DNA of 64,000 bases from the human T2T-CHM13v2.0 reference genome, Homo sapiens: the NCBI RefSeq assembly GCF_009914755.1, contig NC_060939.1. One strand, 5' to 3'. Of this stretch, positions 31,268 through 46,890 are shown piece after piece (within the stretch, counting starts at the first letter, position 1; each line of letters starts with the position of its first letter). The notes under the pieces are model-generated. The model did no database searches. It had not been told where the DNA came from and saw only the letters and a program-made list of their open reading frames with translations. Position numbers and translations under genes: made by a program.

Positions 31268-32534
31268 GTAAGCCAATTAATTTACTTATGACTAGAGGCT
31301 TGGTTACTAGTAATGTCTGGAGTTAATTTACTATTGGAAGTGAAAGTAACATATTGCTAATTAGTCCCCAGTGTCCTAAACAAAATAACCCAAAATTTAA
31401 ACAGCAAAGCAAAATTTTTCTCAACTAAAATTGGAATATCTTCATTGACATGACCCATTTCTTGTAACAAAACATGTTTATAAAGTGGAGAGTGACTATG
31501 TGTCTAGTAAGAAGGTATGGAATATTATAGCAAAATATATGGTTTCTTTGTACCTTGGATGAGACCCACTGGCTCTCTCGCAGGTCCTCTCAGCATGGGT
31601 CTTCTCCAATGCCCCAGATGGCATTGCTGATGATTGCCACTCAGTAAACCACTCCTGCACCCAGGCCTCGGGGCTCACCCCAAACGCTGTGCTCCCAATG
31701 ACCAACAGGCAAGGGAAGATCATTAGAAGGGAATAAACAAATAAATAAGCAAAGAGTTACTTTCAAATAATCTAGGAGTAGGCAGGCCTAGGCAGAAAGT
31801 GAAATGGATGAAATGTATTGTTGTTCTGTCTTCCTTTGTTCCCCCTCCCCTTCCCCTTTGGTTTCTCTGGTTCTCTACTTCGGCACCTTATCCAGGTCTT
31901 CCTACTCAGGGCCTTCTAAAACATCCTGCCCACAACACACTTCCACTCTCAACTTCTGCCTGTCTCTCATGTTGATCCAGCCCACCTAGGTAACTGACTA
32001 GCTCATTTGTTTAAGGTGATCTGTATAAAGGAAATAATGGGGATTTGCTCCACCCAGACAATATGCTACATTTTTAGACAGGACTTTGACCCCTGAGCCC
32101 AAAAGAGTTACTATAGTGAAAGAAATTTCTCTCAGCAAAAAGTAATTTTGTTTTGTCTTTAGGTATGTTGGTTTGTCATTGCTGTGCCAACTCTGCCTAC
32201 CTCCAAAGCCAGCTCTGTATAGGAAGTCATAATCTTACTATGGTCTGTGATAATCAGACCTCCTAACATCTAGTGCTTTTCACCTTCAATAAGCTGCCCT
32301 AGGTACCCTTTTGGCATTTGACCAATCTAGTTCAATCCTTCATATGCACAGAAGTATGCAACTATATATAATTAATAGAACTATTTTTTCAATGTCCAAG
32401 GGAGAAGTAATTGTTCCAGACCCTCCCCACTTTTCTTCCCACTTGCAACTCCCAAACACTGTGCTCTCAGTGGCCAACAGGCAAGAGACCTACTTGTCAC
32501 ACCCATACATATATGGGTATTTAGGAATAATCGT

Positions 32535-32835
32535 GCCTTCTTGAGCTAAAAACATAGAAAACCAAGTTTGATTTATCGAATGAATAATACATCACACTCT
32601 ATAGATATCTTGTTTTATGCAGCACATATATATCAGAAAATTTTACGTATGTACCTATATATGTTTTGTATATATATGTTTATATATATATATCATGCCT
32701 TCTTTCACTAAAAACATAGAAAAGCAAGTTTGATTTAAAGAATGGATAATACAGATATCTTATTTTATGCAGCACATATATATTAGGAAATTGTATATAT
32801 GTACATATATCTATATATGTGTAAATATATATTTT
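32535..32835 (+). repeat. Diverged ~160-bp tandem duplication with TA-rich ends
   Basis: ctaaaaacatagaaaa(c/g)caagtttgattta...ttttatgcagcacatatatat occurs twice. Confidence 0.85.
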
Positions 32836-33184
32836 ACATATATACACAACAGAAAGGAAGTTAGAAAAACAAAGATAAACTTCAACTACTTCATTTTCTA
32901 CCTAGACTTTCCTACTCCTGGAAATTTTTTATATAAAATTTTACTTCAGTTGCATTATTAATTTGAATACTCCAATGATATTTTTATAAAGACAACGCAT
33001 TTTTTGTAAAGTTTGCTGTGTTCTTTTTTGTAGCTTTTTTACATTTATGTTTTAATAGAGTGGGCTTTATTAAGTCAGGATACTTCTATTGTAGATTAAG
33101 TACAGAGTACCAAGAAGGGCTAAGTTATTCACTGGGTAACACAGGATTCCTAAAATTACTGGGAAGTTGTAATACTGTTATTGA

Positions 33185-33463
<279 letters not shown>

Positions 33464-33529
33464 TAGTTTAGTTTGCCTTCTCAGGGCACTAAGGGATATC
33501 ATTACAGCTAAATGAGAGGAAAAAAGTTA

Positions 33530-33745
33530 AATATAGTGGAAGGAGCCTGGGCTTGGCATCAGAAGATCTGGCTTTGAGTCCAGGTTCTCGCACTTACCAG
33601 CCAAGAAAGTTTGGATTAGTTCCTCTATTCTTCCGAACTTTGTTTTCCAAATCTATAATATGGGCTAATAATACTGTTATATGTATTTCACAGAAGTGTG
33701 GCACAGATCAAATGAAATAATGTACACAAAATATTGTGTAAAATA
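33530..33745 (+). mobile_element. MIR
   Basis: agcctgggcttggcatcagaagatctggctttgagtcc... Confidence 0.6.
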
Positions 33746-34485
33746 TGCAACATCAGATAAATAATGGATATTGCTGTCAACAGTAGTACTATGATTATGG
33801 TTATAGATTTCCAAAAGGAAAGAAAGTTTAAAAATTAAAATAATTCACTCCAGAAAACTAGCCATTTCCTAGTTTAGGTGCCTAGTCTAGGATGTCGCAT
33901 GTGCAAGCACATTCATTAGCTGATATATCAACTAATTTCTAGTCCTTTTCTCATAGTAATGATAGCATTCACTGAATTCAATTGGTAAAAGTACTTCTAT
34001 TTAAAAATTAGATAAATAAATGAGCTTACAGTTCACAAGGTATATTACCTTCAAGAGATGCATTATCAGGTTTGTGTCATCTGGTCTTACATAGGACACC
34101 ACTTAACTTTCAGGATTTACATTGTAAACCATCCGTTTTTATTCTGCTAGGATTCCCCTTGACACACAGAAATAACTAGTCATTCTTCTGAAATAAAACA
34201 CAATATGTATATGTATACATATTTTCACTTAATACTACAACAACTTCAAAAGCTAGAATGAATCTCTAAAATGTCTAACTCCTAACCTTGACTATCAAAG
34301 GCCTATTATCACAGAAAAAAATGCTAGGTTTTTTATCTTCATAAATGTATGAATACTCCATTTTTCTATTATCCTATATGGCCCCAGGTGTAATTGTATA
34401 GTATCTCTTTTTACTGTTAAATGCTGCAATAAGACTCACATGCAAAAAGCTGTATCTCTAAGCACTTAATAATTTGTTTCCCCAG

Positions 34486-34596
34486 GAGAGTGATTCGATG
34501 ATGGTGGATCCAACCAATGACATCCGGATTATAGGCTCCATCACAGTGGTGATTCTTCTAGGAATTTCAGTAGCTGGAATGGAATGGGAGGCAAAG
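34486..34596 (+). CDS. SLC12A1: SLC12A1 exon 7 ([17 protein letters not shown]...EWEAK)
   Basis: AG/GT boundaries, 111 nt, in frame. Confidence 0.96.
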
Positions 34597-34909
34597 GTAA
34601 ATTTCTCAAAAATGATATTATCAACAGTGGCTGGTCAGGTCCTGAACAAATTGCAGGAGTAGAGGGAACTCCATATTCAAAAGGAATTGCTGTTATTACC
34701 TGCTATGGTGAAATGAGCAGGCAAGTGCTAGGTGGAACACCAAGCCTGCAAAGCACGAAGCCCAGGCAGTCATGATTCAGGGCTCACGAGTCACATGACT
34801 GCCGTATTTTGTCTCTCTGTGCTGTCACCAAGGCGGCTGCCTTATGCACAGACCCCTTATGATCATAGCAGTGGTGCACGCTGGAAGCCTGGGTCTCTCA
34901 ATCACAAAC

Positions 34910-35104
34910 CCTGGTTCCTCTTTCAAGCTGCCTGTGGGTGCAAAAGCCCAAGAGAAATGGCAAGTGTGTTGAGAACATAAGAGAGGCAAAAACTATCATT
35001 CTCATCTGAAAGCCAGTACTTCACCAGCAAATTTAGGCACATCATAGGCTTTAGAACCAGAAAATCTCTGAGTTTAACTAGTGATAAAATGGATAGTAAA
35101 TTTC
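34910..35104 (+). repeat. ~195-bp dispersed direct repeat, copy 1 (intron 7)
   Basis: Aligns by eye with 37025-37235. Confidence 0.9.
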
Positions 35105-35828
35105 CGAATGATGGGAAACATGTCTTTTGCCTCCTTTGTAATTCCCTCAAGTGACTGGTGCAGTTGAAAATATTCCTACGAGCCTGTGGATGAAGTAACT
35201 AGATCTCAAGCAGTCATGAGATGTGGAAAGACAGCCAAAGCCTCCCACCTATAAGTCAATAGAAAACATTCCTACATGGCATTTATTTGTAGATTATGCA
35301 TTCACACATTCAACAAAAATTAAGTTAGTGCCTACCACATGTTGAGCATTCTTCTAGGCACTGATATTCACCTGTGACCAAAACAGGCCTAATCCCTATA
35401 TATGGTCTATGAAGAGATCAATAATAAGCAAGCAAATAAAGAAATAAATATAAAAAGAGAATTTGTGAAAATTAGTATCAACAGGACACTGTGATGAAAA
35501 AACACAGAACCCTACTTTAGATAACTTTATTCCCTGAGTGAGGCAATGAAGTTTAGTTAGCAGTAGAGGGTAGCATTTAAAGCTCCAGCTCTGTAGTTAG
35601 AGTGCCTGAATTTGAATCCAGCTTATATCTCTGCAGCCTTTAGTAAATTATTTAACCTCTCGGTGCTTCAGTGTCTTTACCTTTAAAATGAGGATAATAA
35701 TATTGCCTACTCCATAAGGTTGTCAGTTTGTTGGTGGTATTATTTACCTAAAAGAATGCAGGGAAAGTAAATCTGCAACGGTTCTATTGTAAGCCCTCAG
35801 TGAACAGATAGCTGTTATTATTTAAATG

Positions 35829-36171
<343 letters not shown>

Positions 36172-36780
36172 CTAAGACTTAAAGGATGAAAAGAAGGAAA
36201 TAGCTATGCAAGAAGTAGAGTGAAGTGCTTTCCAGGTAAAGGAAACAGCATATGGCAACACCAAGCCATAAACACCTTGCAGCATTGGAGGGGCTGAAGG
36301 AAGACCATCTGACCAGTCAACTTTGCAGACTGCTTGTGCTGAGCACACAGCGGCAGCCTGACGTCAAGTGCACTGGGAATCACAGGAATTGTATTCATCA
36401 TTCTGCATTCTCGAACTCCTGCAGTTAGCACTGGGAACAGAAACAACCCATAAGTGCTCTGCTGAAAACAAACAAACAAAACCCCCCTCAAGTTTATCAG
36501 TGTTAAAACTTTTGGCTTCCTTTACATTCCTGGGACAATGGTGGAAGTTACCCATCTGCTACTTAGAATGTTACAGAAATGTCACGTTCAACTGCCCAAA
36601 CACGTGTGCCATTAAAAATGTGGCATATACATCCAAGTAGAATAAGACCTATTTGCATGCCATTCTAATAAGGATGCATGTATTACCTACTCTGGGTAGC
36701 AGAGACTTAACTGAAATATCAGATAGAGTCTTTCTGCAGTGGACACTTCTAACTTTTATAATTATGTAAAAAGTTGTTAA

Positions 36781-36960
<180 letters not shown>

Positions 36961-37024
36961 TAAATACTTCTCCATTGCCCTCCTCATCACCATCCCCATC
37001 AACCCAACCCCAGCCTTCGGAATG

Positions 37025-37235
37025 CCTGGCTCCCCTTTCAAGTTACTTGTGGATGCGGAAGCCCAAAAGAAATGGGAAGTACGTTGGGGAAACATAATAG
37101 AGGCAAAAACTATCATTCTCTTCTGAAACCCAGTACTTCACCAGCAAATTTGGGCACACCATAGGTTTTAGAACCAGAAAATATATGAGTTTAACTAGTG
37201 ATAACTAACTAGTGATAAAATGGATAGTACATTTC
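37025..37235 (+). repeat. ~195-bp dispersed direct repeat, copy 2 (intron 8)
   Basis: Aligns with 34910-35104; has an extra internal taactagtgataa duplication. Confidence 0.9.
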
Positions 37236-38553
37236 TCCAGGAAAGAGCCTGGAGTTGGATTCAGGAGACCCAAGGTTGGATCTCAACTCTGCCACTTAAC
37301 AGCTGGACAGAACACCTAATGTGACTGGGTCTCAGATTTTCCTGCCAAAATGTGGGTGACAATAAGAACTTCCTGAGGGAATTTTGAGAAACAAATAAGA
37401 CAGTGGATGTGAAAGTGCTTTGTAAACCTTTTGTTGTTGCTGTCAAATAGTAGAAACAGAGACACAGCTCAATTTGTTCAACCACTGCAGAGCACTAAAG
37501 TCAAACATAGTCATTTCTCTCTTCCTGCTAGACTTGTTTGCACCTTGCTTTCCCACAGCATTACCTAGTTAAGCATCACTGTCAGGCTTTCAGGCAGAAA
37601 AGACTGTAGGAGTTACTCAGTGTAGCATCCTGTGATAACATCACAGAGCATGAAATTTGACTTCTTTCTCTCCTTATTTTACTCCTTCTATCTGTTCTTG
37701 CCTTTCTTTTCCCTCTAGCTTACTCAAGAATCCACTGCTGAGTTTTTCAATGTTTCCCTTTATTATTTACTCAGTTGTCAGTATTTATTTCTTTTTGATA
37801 TCACATACCTCTTTCTTCCTGATTCCTTTTCTTCATAAAGACTTTCTGGTTTGCTTTGCATGTTAATATCCTTTTCCCTTCTATTATTTTCCCTCCCTTC
37901 CCATTCCTACCATATTTTTTCTTTAAGCCTTTTTTCCTATTTTTTCATCCCAGATTCTTTTGTTCACATTTTTTTCCTCTCCTTTTCTCTTTTTTCCTTC
38001 TGTTTTTCTTCTAGGTTGTTTCCTTTTTATTTAATAATTTGGTGGCAATGTGTGGGATGGTATTATTTTATTAACAAAACTTCTCATCATAATATTCTCC
38101 CATACTGAGGATTTGGTATAAGCAGCTAAGATCTAATATCTAGGAGTAAAAAGTAAAGAGATTCATACATTAGTAGCAAAATTGTAAAGTAGACTCACAC
38201 ACAAGGTTCTTCAACTACCAAAAAAGGCATAGAAAACCAGTGTGTTGATTGTTTATGTTATTTATGCATGTGAGAATGTAGTTGTGTGTGTGTGTGAATG
38301 TGTGTGGTGGTGCATTTGTGGGTATGCCAGTGTGATCATGAGAGAATTCATCTCCTCCTCTTTCAACCTTTTCTAGATGCAAAAAAGTCAGGCAGCCTGG
38401 ATCTCTTTTGGCACAAAAATTGATTTTTCAGAGCTATGTCATAGAGATCTAAAACCTTATGATATATATTTTGACTTTTGGCAAATATTAACATAAAGCT
38501 CCTCAGGAGTACACCACATCTTCAAGTTCATTCCATTTAGAATATAGGAATGT

Positions 38554-39163
<610 letters not shown>

Positions 39164-39617
39164 TAGAGAGGTTAGATGTGACCATATTACCCTACAGATT
39201 CAAACTGTAGGTTTCTGCAAGATTTCCTGATGATTTAAAAGTTCTCTCTTTTAATGCCAAATTTGGATTTATATTCCAGATAATTCTTCCAAAAGTCTTA
39301 TTCAGTGATATCAGAAGAACAGGGTAGTGTGATAGTGTGTCATATTTCCCCAAAATAAATGTAGTTCAGTGAAAAAAATACCAGAACCACCCTTTCTCTT
39401 TTAAACCCAAATGAATAGGAATATTTTCCTGTAAAAGTAAAAAAAAAAAAAAAACAAAACAAAGGAAAATAATCACATTTTCACTTAGCTTCCCACTTAA
39501 TTATTCTGTGTGAAGTACTGCAAAGAGCATGGTATGAGTTAGGATATGGGAATGTTATAAAAGACCAGCAATAGTGGCCTAAACAAGATGCAGGTTTTAA
39601 TGCACAAAATCTAGCTC

Positions 39618-39760
39618 AGCTGGGCACAGTGCCACATGTCTATAGTCCCAGACACTTGGGAGGCTGAGGTGGGAGGATTGCTTGAACCCAGGAGTTTGAG
39701 GCCGGCCTGGGCAACACAGCAAGACCCTGATCTCTTTAAAAAACAAAAATAAATAAAATG
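39618..39760 (+). mobile_element. Alu monomer (FLAM-type)
   Basis: Single arm plus A-rich tail. Confidence 0.8.
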
Positions 39761-40184
39761 TATGTATATTTCTTGATAAGTCTTGATATACTCATAAATA
39801 AATAAATAAAAATTTTATGTTAAATCATCCCGTAGGCCATCCAGTGGAATAAGAAAAGTCTGCTCCAAAAGGTAGCCCAGAAACCCAGATAACCTCTTTG
39901 TTTCACCGTTACTTTGGGGCTTGCCCTCCATCTGCAAGGTCACATTCCAGTCCATGGGAAGGGGGATAAGCATGTAGAGGGCAAGCAATTCCTAGAACTT
40001 GCATGTATCACTCCTGCTGACATTCCATAGGCCAGAATTTAGCCTTGTGGCCTTACCTGGTTGCAAAGGAGGGCGGGAAATGTAGTCTGTATCTGGGCAG
40101 CCACATGCCCAGATAAAATTTTAGGGGGTCCTAGTATTAAAAGGAGGAAAGTGAGGACATATATCGGGGACAATAAGCCATTTC

Positions 40185-40186
<2 letters not shown>

Positions 40187-40220
<34 letters not shown>
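40187..40220 (+). repeat. (CA)n microsatellite
   Basis: Directly visible. Confidence 0.95.
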
Positions 40221-40223
<3 letters not shown>

Positions 40224-41072
40224 AAGTAGAAGACACAGGTTTTACCACAACAAATTATTATCAACTTTGGAAGACAAGAAATATTTTCAAGACTCATTAA
40301 GAAATATACATACATGAAAAACATATGCATTGTCCAGCGGGAAGTGAAATGAAAATACTGAACAAATAATTGTTAAGTTAATCAGGGATGATTTTCTCAA
40401 GGAAATAATTTTTGAACCTGAGCATAAAGCAAAGTCTGGATGCTGGCTATTAATGAAGAAATATAGAGTATTCCAGGCAGAGAGGATAGTCAGGCATAGG
40501 GAAACTGGGGACAGTGAGAAGTCTCTTACAGTTCAACTGGAGAAACCCTGATGGGGCTCAATCACCTTGAAGGCAAAGGGAAACGGCTGTTAGAGGGACT
40601 TGAGCCAGAGGTGCTTGCCCTAGAATATAACTCCATGAAAGTAGAGAGTTTGCCTTTGATTTTGTTCATTGCTGTATCCTCAAAGCTAGTAAGGCCTCAA
40701 TAAATACTAATTGAGTAAATAAATAAAGGCATTTAGATTTTTATATTAGGGGCCACAGTGCTATGGTAAATTCTCCAGCAGAAATATGGCATAAAAATAT
40801 TATGCTGAAGTGCAGAAAAGTTAAGAAACTTGTTCAAAATGATTCAAATAGTATCACTGCTGAATGAAATTTAGCTGTGGATGTTGAACTTCTGGTTTGT
40901 CAGCTCTGGAAGAGTATCAGAGGTCACTGATTTAAATTTCTGCAAATTATAAGCACACCTTTAAATTAAAGAATATTGCTCTTTCTTTAGACTCCTTAAA
41001 AACAAGTTTGTATCAGATGTATAGCAGTCAGTTCCGCTTAGCTGGCCCTCACTGAGTGCCTGTTCACACCAG

Positions 41073-41150
41073 GCACTGAGGAAACAAGGAGCTTCACCTC
41101 TCCCTCAAGGAGCTCAGAGTCGAAGGAGGAGACAGACTTCCCTTATATGA
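41073..41150 (+). CDS. SLC12A1: Alternative terminal exon of SLC12A1 (ALRKQGASPLPQGAQSRRRRQTSLI*), L2-derived
   Basis: ctcac branch-like motif and cag| acceptor; phase 0, compatible with exon 9; stop at 41148-41150; AATAAA at 41415. Confidence 0.6.
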   Translation, partial: ALRKQGASPLPQGAQSRRRRQTSLI

Positions 41151-43315
41151 ATTAGAACAAGCAAGAGTAGAATCAAGTGCAAAGGAAAGAGGAAGCAGAA
41201 ATTGCCTGTCCCCTCAAAAAGTAAAGGAAGACTTTCAGAAGAGGGGACACTCAATCCAGGTTTTGAGGGATGAACAGGAGTTTGCCGACAGGACAAAGAA
41301 GAGACGGACATTTGAAACAGAAGGAATGGGATGTAAGAAGGCACCAAGAAAGATGCTGCTAATGAGAATTATTTTATGTGCAGAGTAGTGTATGTAATCC
41401 TTCATTAATATATTAATAAACATATTTATAAATAATTTTCTATGTGTCCTAAGTACTCTGGGAGTAAGCAAAGGAAGAGAATATATTATTTCTGTCTGAA
41501 AAGACGAGACTTAAAATTCCTCCCCCTTCAAAATAAGTGTTAACTTGATTTAGGGTTGTTATGTTAGTGAAGAAGTTTTTATTTATTTAGCAGCCTCTAC
41601 TGAGAAATCCCTGATGCTGAGTTCACATGTAAAGAAACTACAAACAATGGCCTGTTAAGATTTTGGGGGCATACATGGTCATAATATTATTGTAGAATGT
41701 TGCATTCTTTTTATTTAAAAATACTTTTATGATTTTATAATTAGGCTTAACTTTTAACACATACACTACTATATACTATATACTTTTACTATATACAGAA
41801 CTCAGGGGTCCTTTTAACTACAGACAATGGAGTTTGGATATTATCCCCAAACTAGCTAGAGACTCTACGGAGGTTAGACAAAGGAATAACATGATTAAAT
41901 ATGTGTGTTAGAGAGAGCCTGCTAACAGCTTGTGGAGGGTGGTTTGGAAGGTGGGAAAATGGTGTAATAGGTAGGAAGACTGGAGGCAGAAAGATCAATT
42001 AGAAAATACCATAATAATCTGGACAAGAGATGGCATGGGCCTGATTTAAGGCCATGCAGAGGAGAAGAACCAAAGATATCAGCTTTTGTTAGAATTAGGA
42101 GAAGAAATAGAAAAAAAAATGTTTTTTACTATGATCCACGGTAAGAAAACATTATACATCACAACCAAGTGCACACTTAGAAAATTGTCCCCAAATGATT
42201 CTCTACTTTATTACAAGCAATGCCTTCTGATATTCTCACATCAGTTCTATTCTATTGGATTCTTTTAACGCTGGTTGTAACCTGTCGAATTGATTCCACA
42301 GTATAGTAGATGAGGAAAGGAAGCTCACATTTGTCTATTGAGGTTGAAATGGCAGAAGGACATGGGGTGGCGATGTCTAGTGAGTGGGTAGCTAGATGTA
42401 TGAGTCTGGAGCTCTGAAAGGAGCTAGGGCAGGACTGGCAGCCTTGACATGGATGAGTTAATGCAGGTATGTGCAAAAGGGAAGACAGAAGAGGTTTGAG
42501 GCAGCGTTCAGGCAGACACAGACCTTCAAAGTATTAATGGTAAAAAGCAAGTCCATGAAGAAAAAAGAGACAGAGCTAAGAAGCAGGAGAAATCAAAAGA
42601 CAGTGGGGCCATGAAAATCAAGAGAGGAGAATGCCTTGAGAAGTAGTAACGTGGTCACAAGCCGGAGGGGCCAACCATGTTAAGTTCTGGGAGGTGACAA
42701 TATGTTGGGAAATGGGGAGGAAACTTCAGTACTTGTAGATATTATTTCTCTTTGAAAGTGAACCTAGAAATATAACATAATGGATTCGGTCAGTTTAGAA
42801 AACATTTACTGTTTACACACTATAGGATAGGAAAGATCCTGATCTCCGCTCACAGCCTCAGAATCCTCCTCTGGAAGGAAGCTCACAGACACAAAGGCAT
42901 GTTACAAAGTTCCCATCCAGAACCTTACATTTGCTAATAATGCACTAACAGATGATCTGTAAATATGTACCTGGGAGAAGATTTAGAAAATACCCAAGTC
43001 TAATCAAGAAAGCTAAGAAGTGATTTCAGAGAAGCAAAATTGGGATGTGGTTGACATACCCAGAAAGCAGGCATCTAATAGTGCTTGCATTCTGTCCTAA
43101 GGAAAAATATAATGTCTAATGAAAAAAGGTAAAGAAGTTTAGGTTTTGGGTTACTGCGTGTGGATAGAAACTACATTTCAAGTGAAAACCAATAATTTGT
43201 CAAAGTCCTCCTGAACCCTTTCTAAGAGAAAGCTAGCCAGACCAGACAATGTGAATATCTAATCATACATTAATATATTGGCATCCAGATTTCTATGTTA
43301 ATGTCTTAGGATCAT

Positions 43316-43604
43316 GGCTGGGCATGGTGGCTCATGCTTATAATCGCAGCACTTTGGGAGGCCCAGGTGGGTGATTGCTTGAGCCCAGGAGTTTGAGACC
43401 AGCCTGAGCAACATGGCAAAACCGTGTCTCTACAAAACACACACAAAAAACTAGCTGGGCGTGGTGGCACACACCTATCATCCCACCTACTTGGAAGGCT
43501 GAGGTGGGAGGATCACTTGAGCATGGGAAGGTTGAGGCTGCAGTGAATCACAATTGAGCCACTGCACTCCAGCCTGGGCAACAGAACAAGAACCCATCTC
43601 AAAA

Positions 43605-43640
<36 letters not shown>
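43316..43640 (+). mobile_element. Alu (AluJ-type) with (TAAA)n tail
   Basis: Full dimer. Confidence 0.9.
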
Positions 43641-43726
43641 AATGTCTTAGAGTCATGATGGAATCTCATGTGACTCCTGTTAAGCCATTTGAGAGCTTGT
43701 AGCAGACAGTTGCAAATAAAAACTAA

Positions 43727-44040
<314 letters not shown>

Positions 44041-44096
44041 AAAAACTAAGTTTTTGTGTTTTAGGTATAAGACTGCCTTCCATCTTCACATCTGTT

Positions 44097-44232
44097 ATCC
44101 ATATATATATATATATATCCATATATATATATATATATATATCCATATATATATATATATATCCATATATATATATATATATCCATATATATATATATAA
44201 TATGCATAAATTTTATATATACATATATATTT
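44097..44232 (+). repeat. Compound [CC(AT)n] microsatellite
   Basis: (TA)n runs interrupted by CC at a roughly 20-24-nt period. Confidence 0.95.
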
Positions 44233-45499
44233 CTGTTCTTCCCACTGTCAGTTCTTTACATTTTACTCAGATCTCAAGAAATTCTTCATCAATCAAATAA
44301 ATTTTGGAACATAACATGAATTAGGGGATTCAGTAGGCCCCATCACAGTCATGACTGCCTTCTTTTTCCTTCTGTGTGCTGCCCCATTGCATACACCTGC
44401 CACACTGACGACGACAATAGTTTGGAAGGAAGAGACTCAGTATGTACATGTCAGAACAAACCCTGTGTACAGATACTCCTAGAAGAGTGGGGAGAAATTA
44501 ATGATCACAGAGTGGTCCCATAGGGCTGGCTTACTGCCATGTGGGGCAGGTTTGCTTGATTCAGTTGTGACTTCCAGTCATCAAGTTGAGTCTACATTTT
44601 CACTATGCATGACCTTTTTGATGGACTTTTTCAGCATATTTATGTTTTCTTTTTAAAGCACAAACTTTGTTTGACTGCAGTGATTGCTTATTTGTATTGA
44701 TGAGTCTAATGTGCTCTGGTGGGGGGACTCATACCTGCTGAGATTGTACCTTCTTCAATTCAATATTTATTGACTCCTCTATGCCAGGCCCTGTCCTGTA
44801 TAAGTGAAGACATTAAAATTTATATTTAATAATCCCTATTAAGTTGAATTGAATACAATTCAATATGCTACTTAAGAATTGATTTTATATGATTTATCCC
44901 CCCCAATAGGATATACAATGGTAAATTAAGTATGATGTGAACTCAACTTAGTGAATGTATATACATTTATAAGCAAGAGAAAAGCCCATTTTCTGGTTTA
45001 AGCTTGAATTTGCCTCTTTCTTTATGTCTGCTTATGGAAATTAAATATCTCCCATTGCAGATATTTCTGAACTAGATTTCAAATAGGGGATTTAAGGGAT
45101 TGAAAAATTTAGTAAGTAGATCATCCTTTTTACTCAGTCAAAAGTGATTTTTTTAAAGGCAAGCTTAAGCTCAGTATAAAAAAAATACACCCAGAGATAT
45201 TATCCACATGCCAGATATGTTTGTATATTTTCCCCTACAAATTCAAGATGTGATACATCTAAATGAAATTCATAGGAGATAAAGAGAAGGATGAGGCCTT
45301 GGTGAGTGAACTACCTACTATACTTTTCTAAAGACACTTCCTTCTGGACAGTTAGAGATCTCTTCTGTTCAGCTGAAAGTTTTACAGATTTCTTTATTCA
45401 CTCTGCACACCTTGTCTTTGTCCAAAATAAAGCTCAAGCTCATCAACTTGCTGTTTGCTTGATCTTTTCTTAGAACTTGCCTCAGGAAGGGTAGCCTAA

Positions 45500-45769
<270 letters not shown>

Positions 45770-46592
45770 TAAAAGGCAACAATTTTAATTCCGTTCTTGG
45801 TACCTTAATGTTAATGATGTGGATACTTTAGGGATTTGAAGGCAATTAAGCTGTACTACAGACATCTCTGGGTCAGGGCTAGAGTAAAGCTAATCAGGTT
45901 GTCATTCTACCTGAACACAAAGAGGGTCCCATTTTACCACCCTTGATGATAATCCCACTGCTAAGGAGGCCACCACTTCTGGCATACACTTCCCTTGTTC
46001 TAGGAGGCAGGAGAGAAACAGAGTAGAGAAAAGAAGTGAAAAACAAAACCCTTCAAACCTAAAAACAGCCTTAGGAAAGTATGAAAGATGTGGAATTTGT
46101 GACTGTGTCTCATCCTTGTACTGCTATCCTTAATATGGAAATGTCACTGTCACCAATTGGCAGGATATCAGAACAAGACCCAGCTGCTGGCAGTGTAGGT
46201 GGCCAGCCCCTACATTGTTCAGTGAACAGAAAATATGTGTACTCACCTGCTGTTCCTGAGACTGACTTTGGTTCTACCTGCTGCCTGCAGCCACACCTCC
46301 TCCTGGTTGGGGGTTGCCTCATACTTTTTCCATAGTAGGAAAGGAAGAGGTTTCCCAACATTTAGAGAAGAAAACCATCTTCTATGTACAACAGGGAAAA
46401 CAGCTCCAGGCTGGACCACCATGGAAGCCAAAGGGTACATCCCAGTCCTCTTCTGCTTATAAGAGAAATTGAGAAGGTACATGTACCTACAGTTGGTTTC
46501 TGGAGATAAAAGAAAAAATGAACTTAAATCCTTCCCTGTCTCATTGTCTCTAATTTGAGGAAATTTGATAACTTTGTTAAGAGTATTGTTGC

Positions 46593-46890
46593 GGCTGGGC
46601 ACAGTAGCTCATGCCTGTAATCCCACTAATTTGGGGGGCTGAGGCCAGAGGATTGCTTAAGCCCAGGAGTTCAAGACTAGCTGGGAAAACATAGAGAGAC
46701 CCCATTCCTACAAAAAATAAAAAATTAGCCGGGCGTGGCGGCACACACCTATGATCCCAGCGACTTGGAAGGGTGAGGTGGGAGGATTGCTTAAGCCTGG
46801 AAGGTCAAGGGTGCAGTGAGCTGTGATCACAGCACTGCACTCCAGCCTGGGCAACAGAGTGAGACCATGTGTCAAAAATAAATAAATAGG
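46593..46890 (+). mobile_element. Alu (AluJ-type)
   Basis: Full dimer; flanking gtattgttg repeats. Confidence 0.9.

Noticed and set aside
34483-34488. CAGGAG tandem (NAGNAG) acceptor at exon 7
   Set aside because: A distal GAG is rarely used against a proximal CAG; no supporting evidence.
37650-38110. Hydrophobic Phe/Ser/Leu-rich ORFs
   Set aside because: Product of a pyrimidine-rich low-complexity tract.
44097-44232. Regularly spaced repeat units as a CRISPR-like array
   Set aside because: Simple TA microsatellite in human DNA, with no unique spacers.
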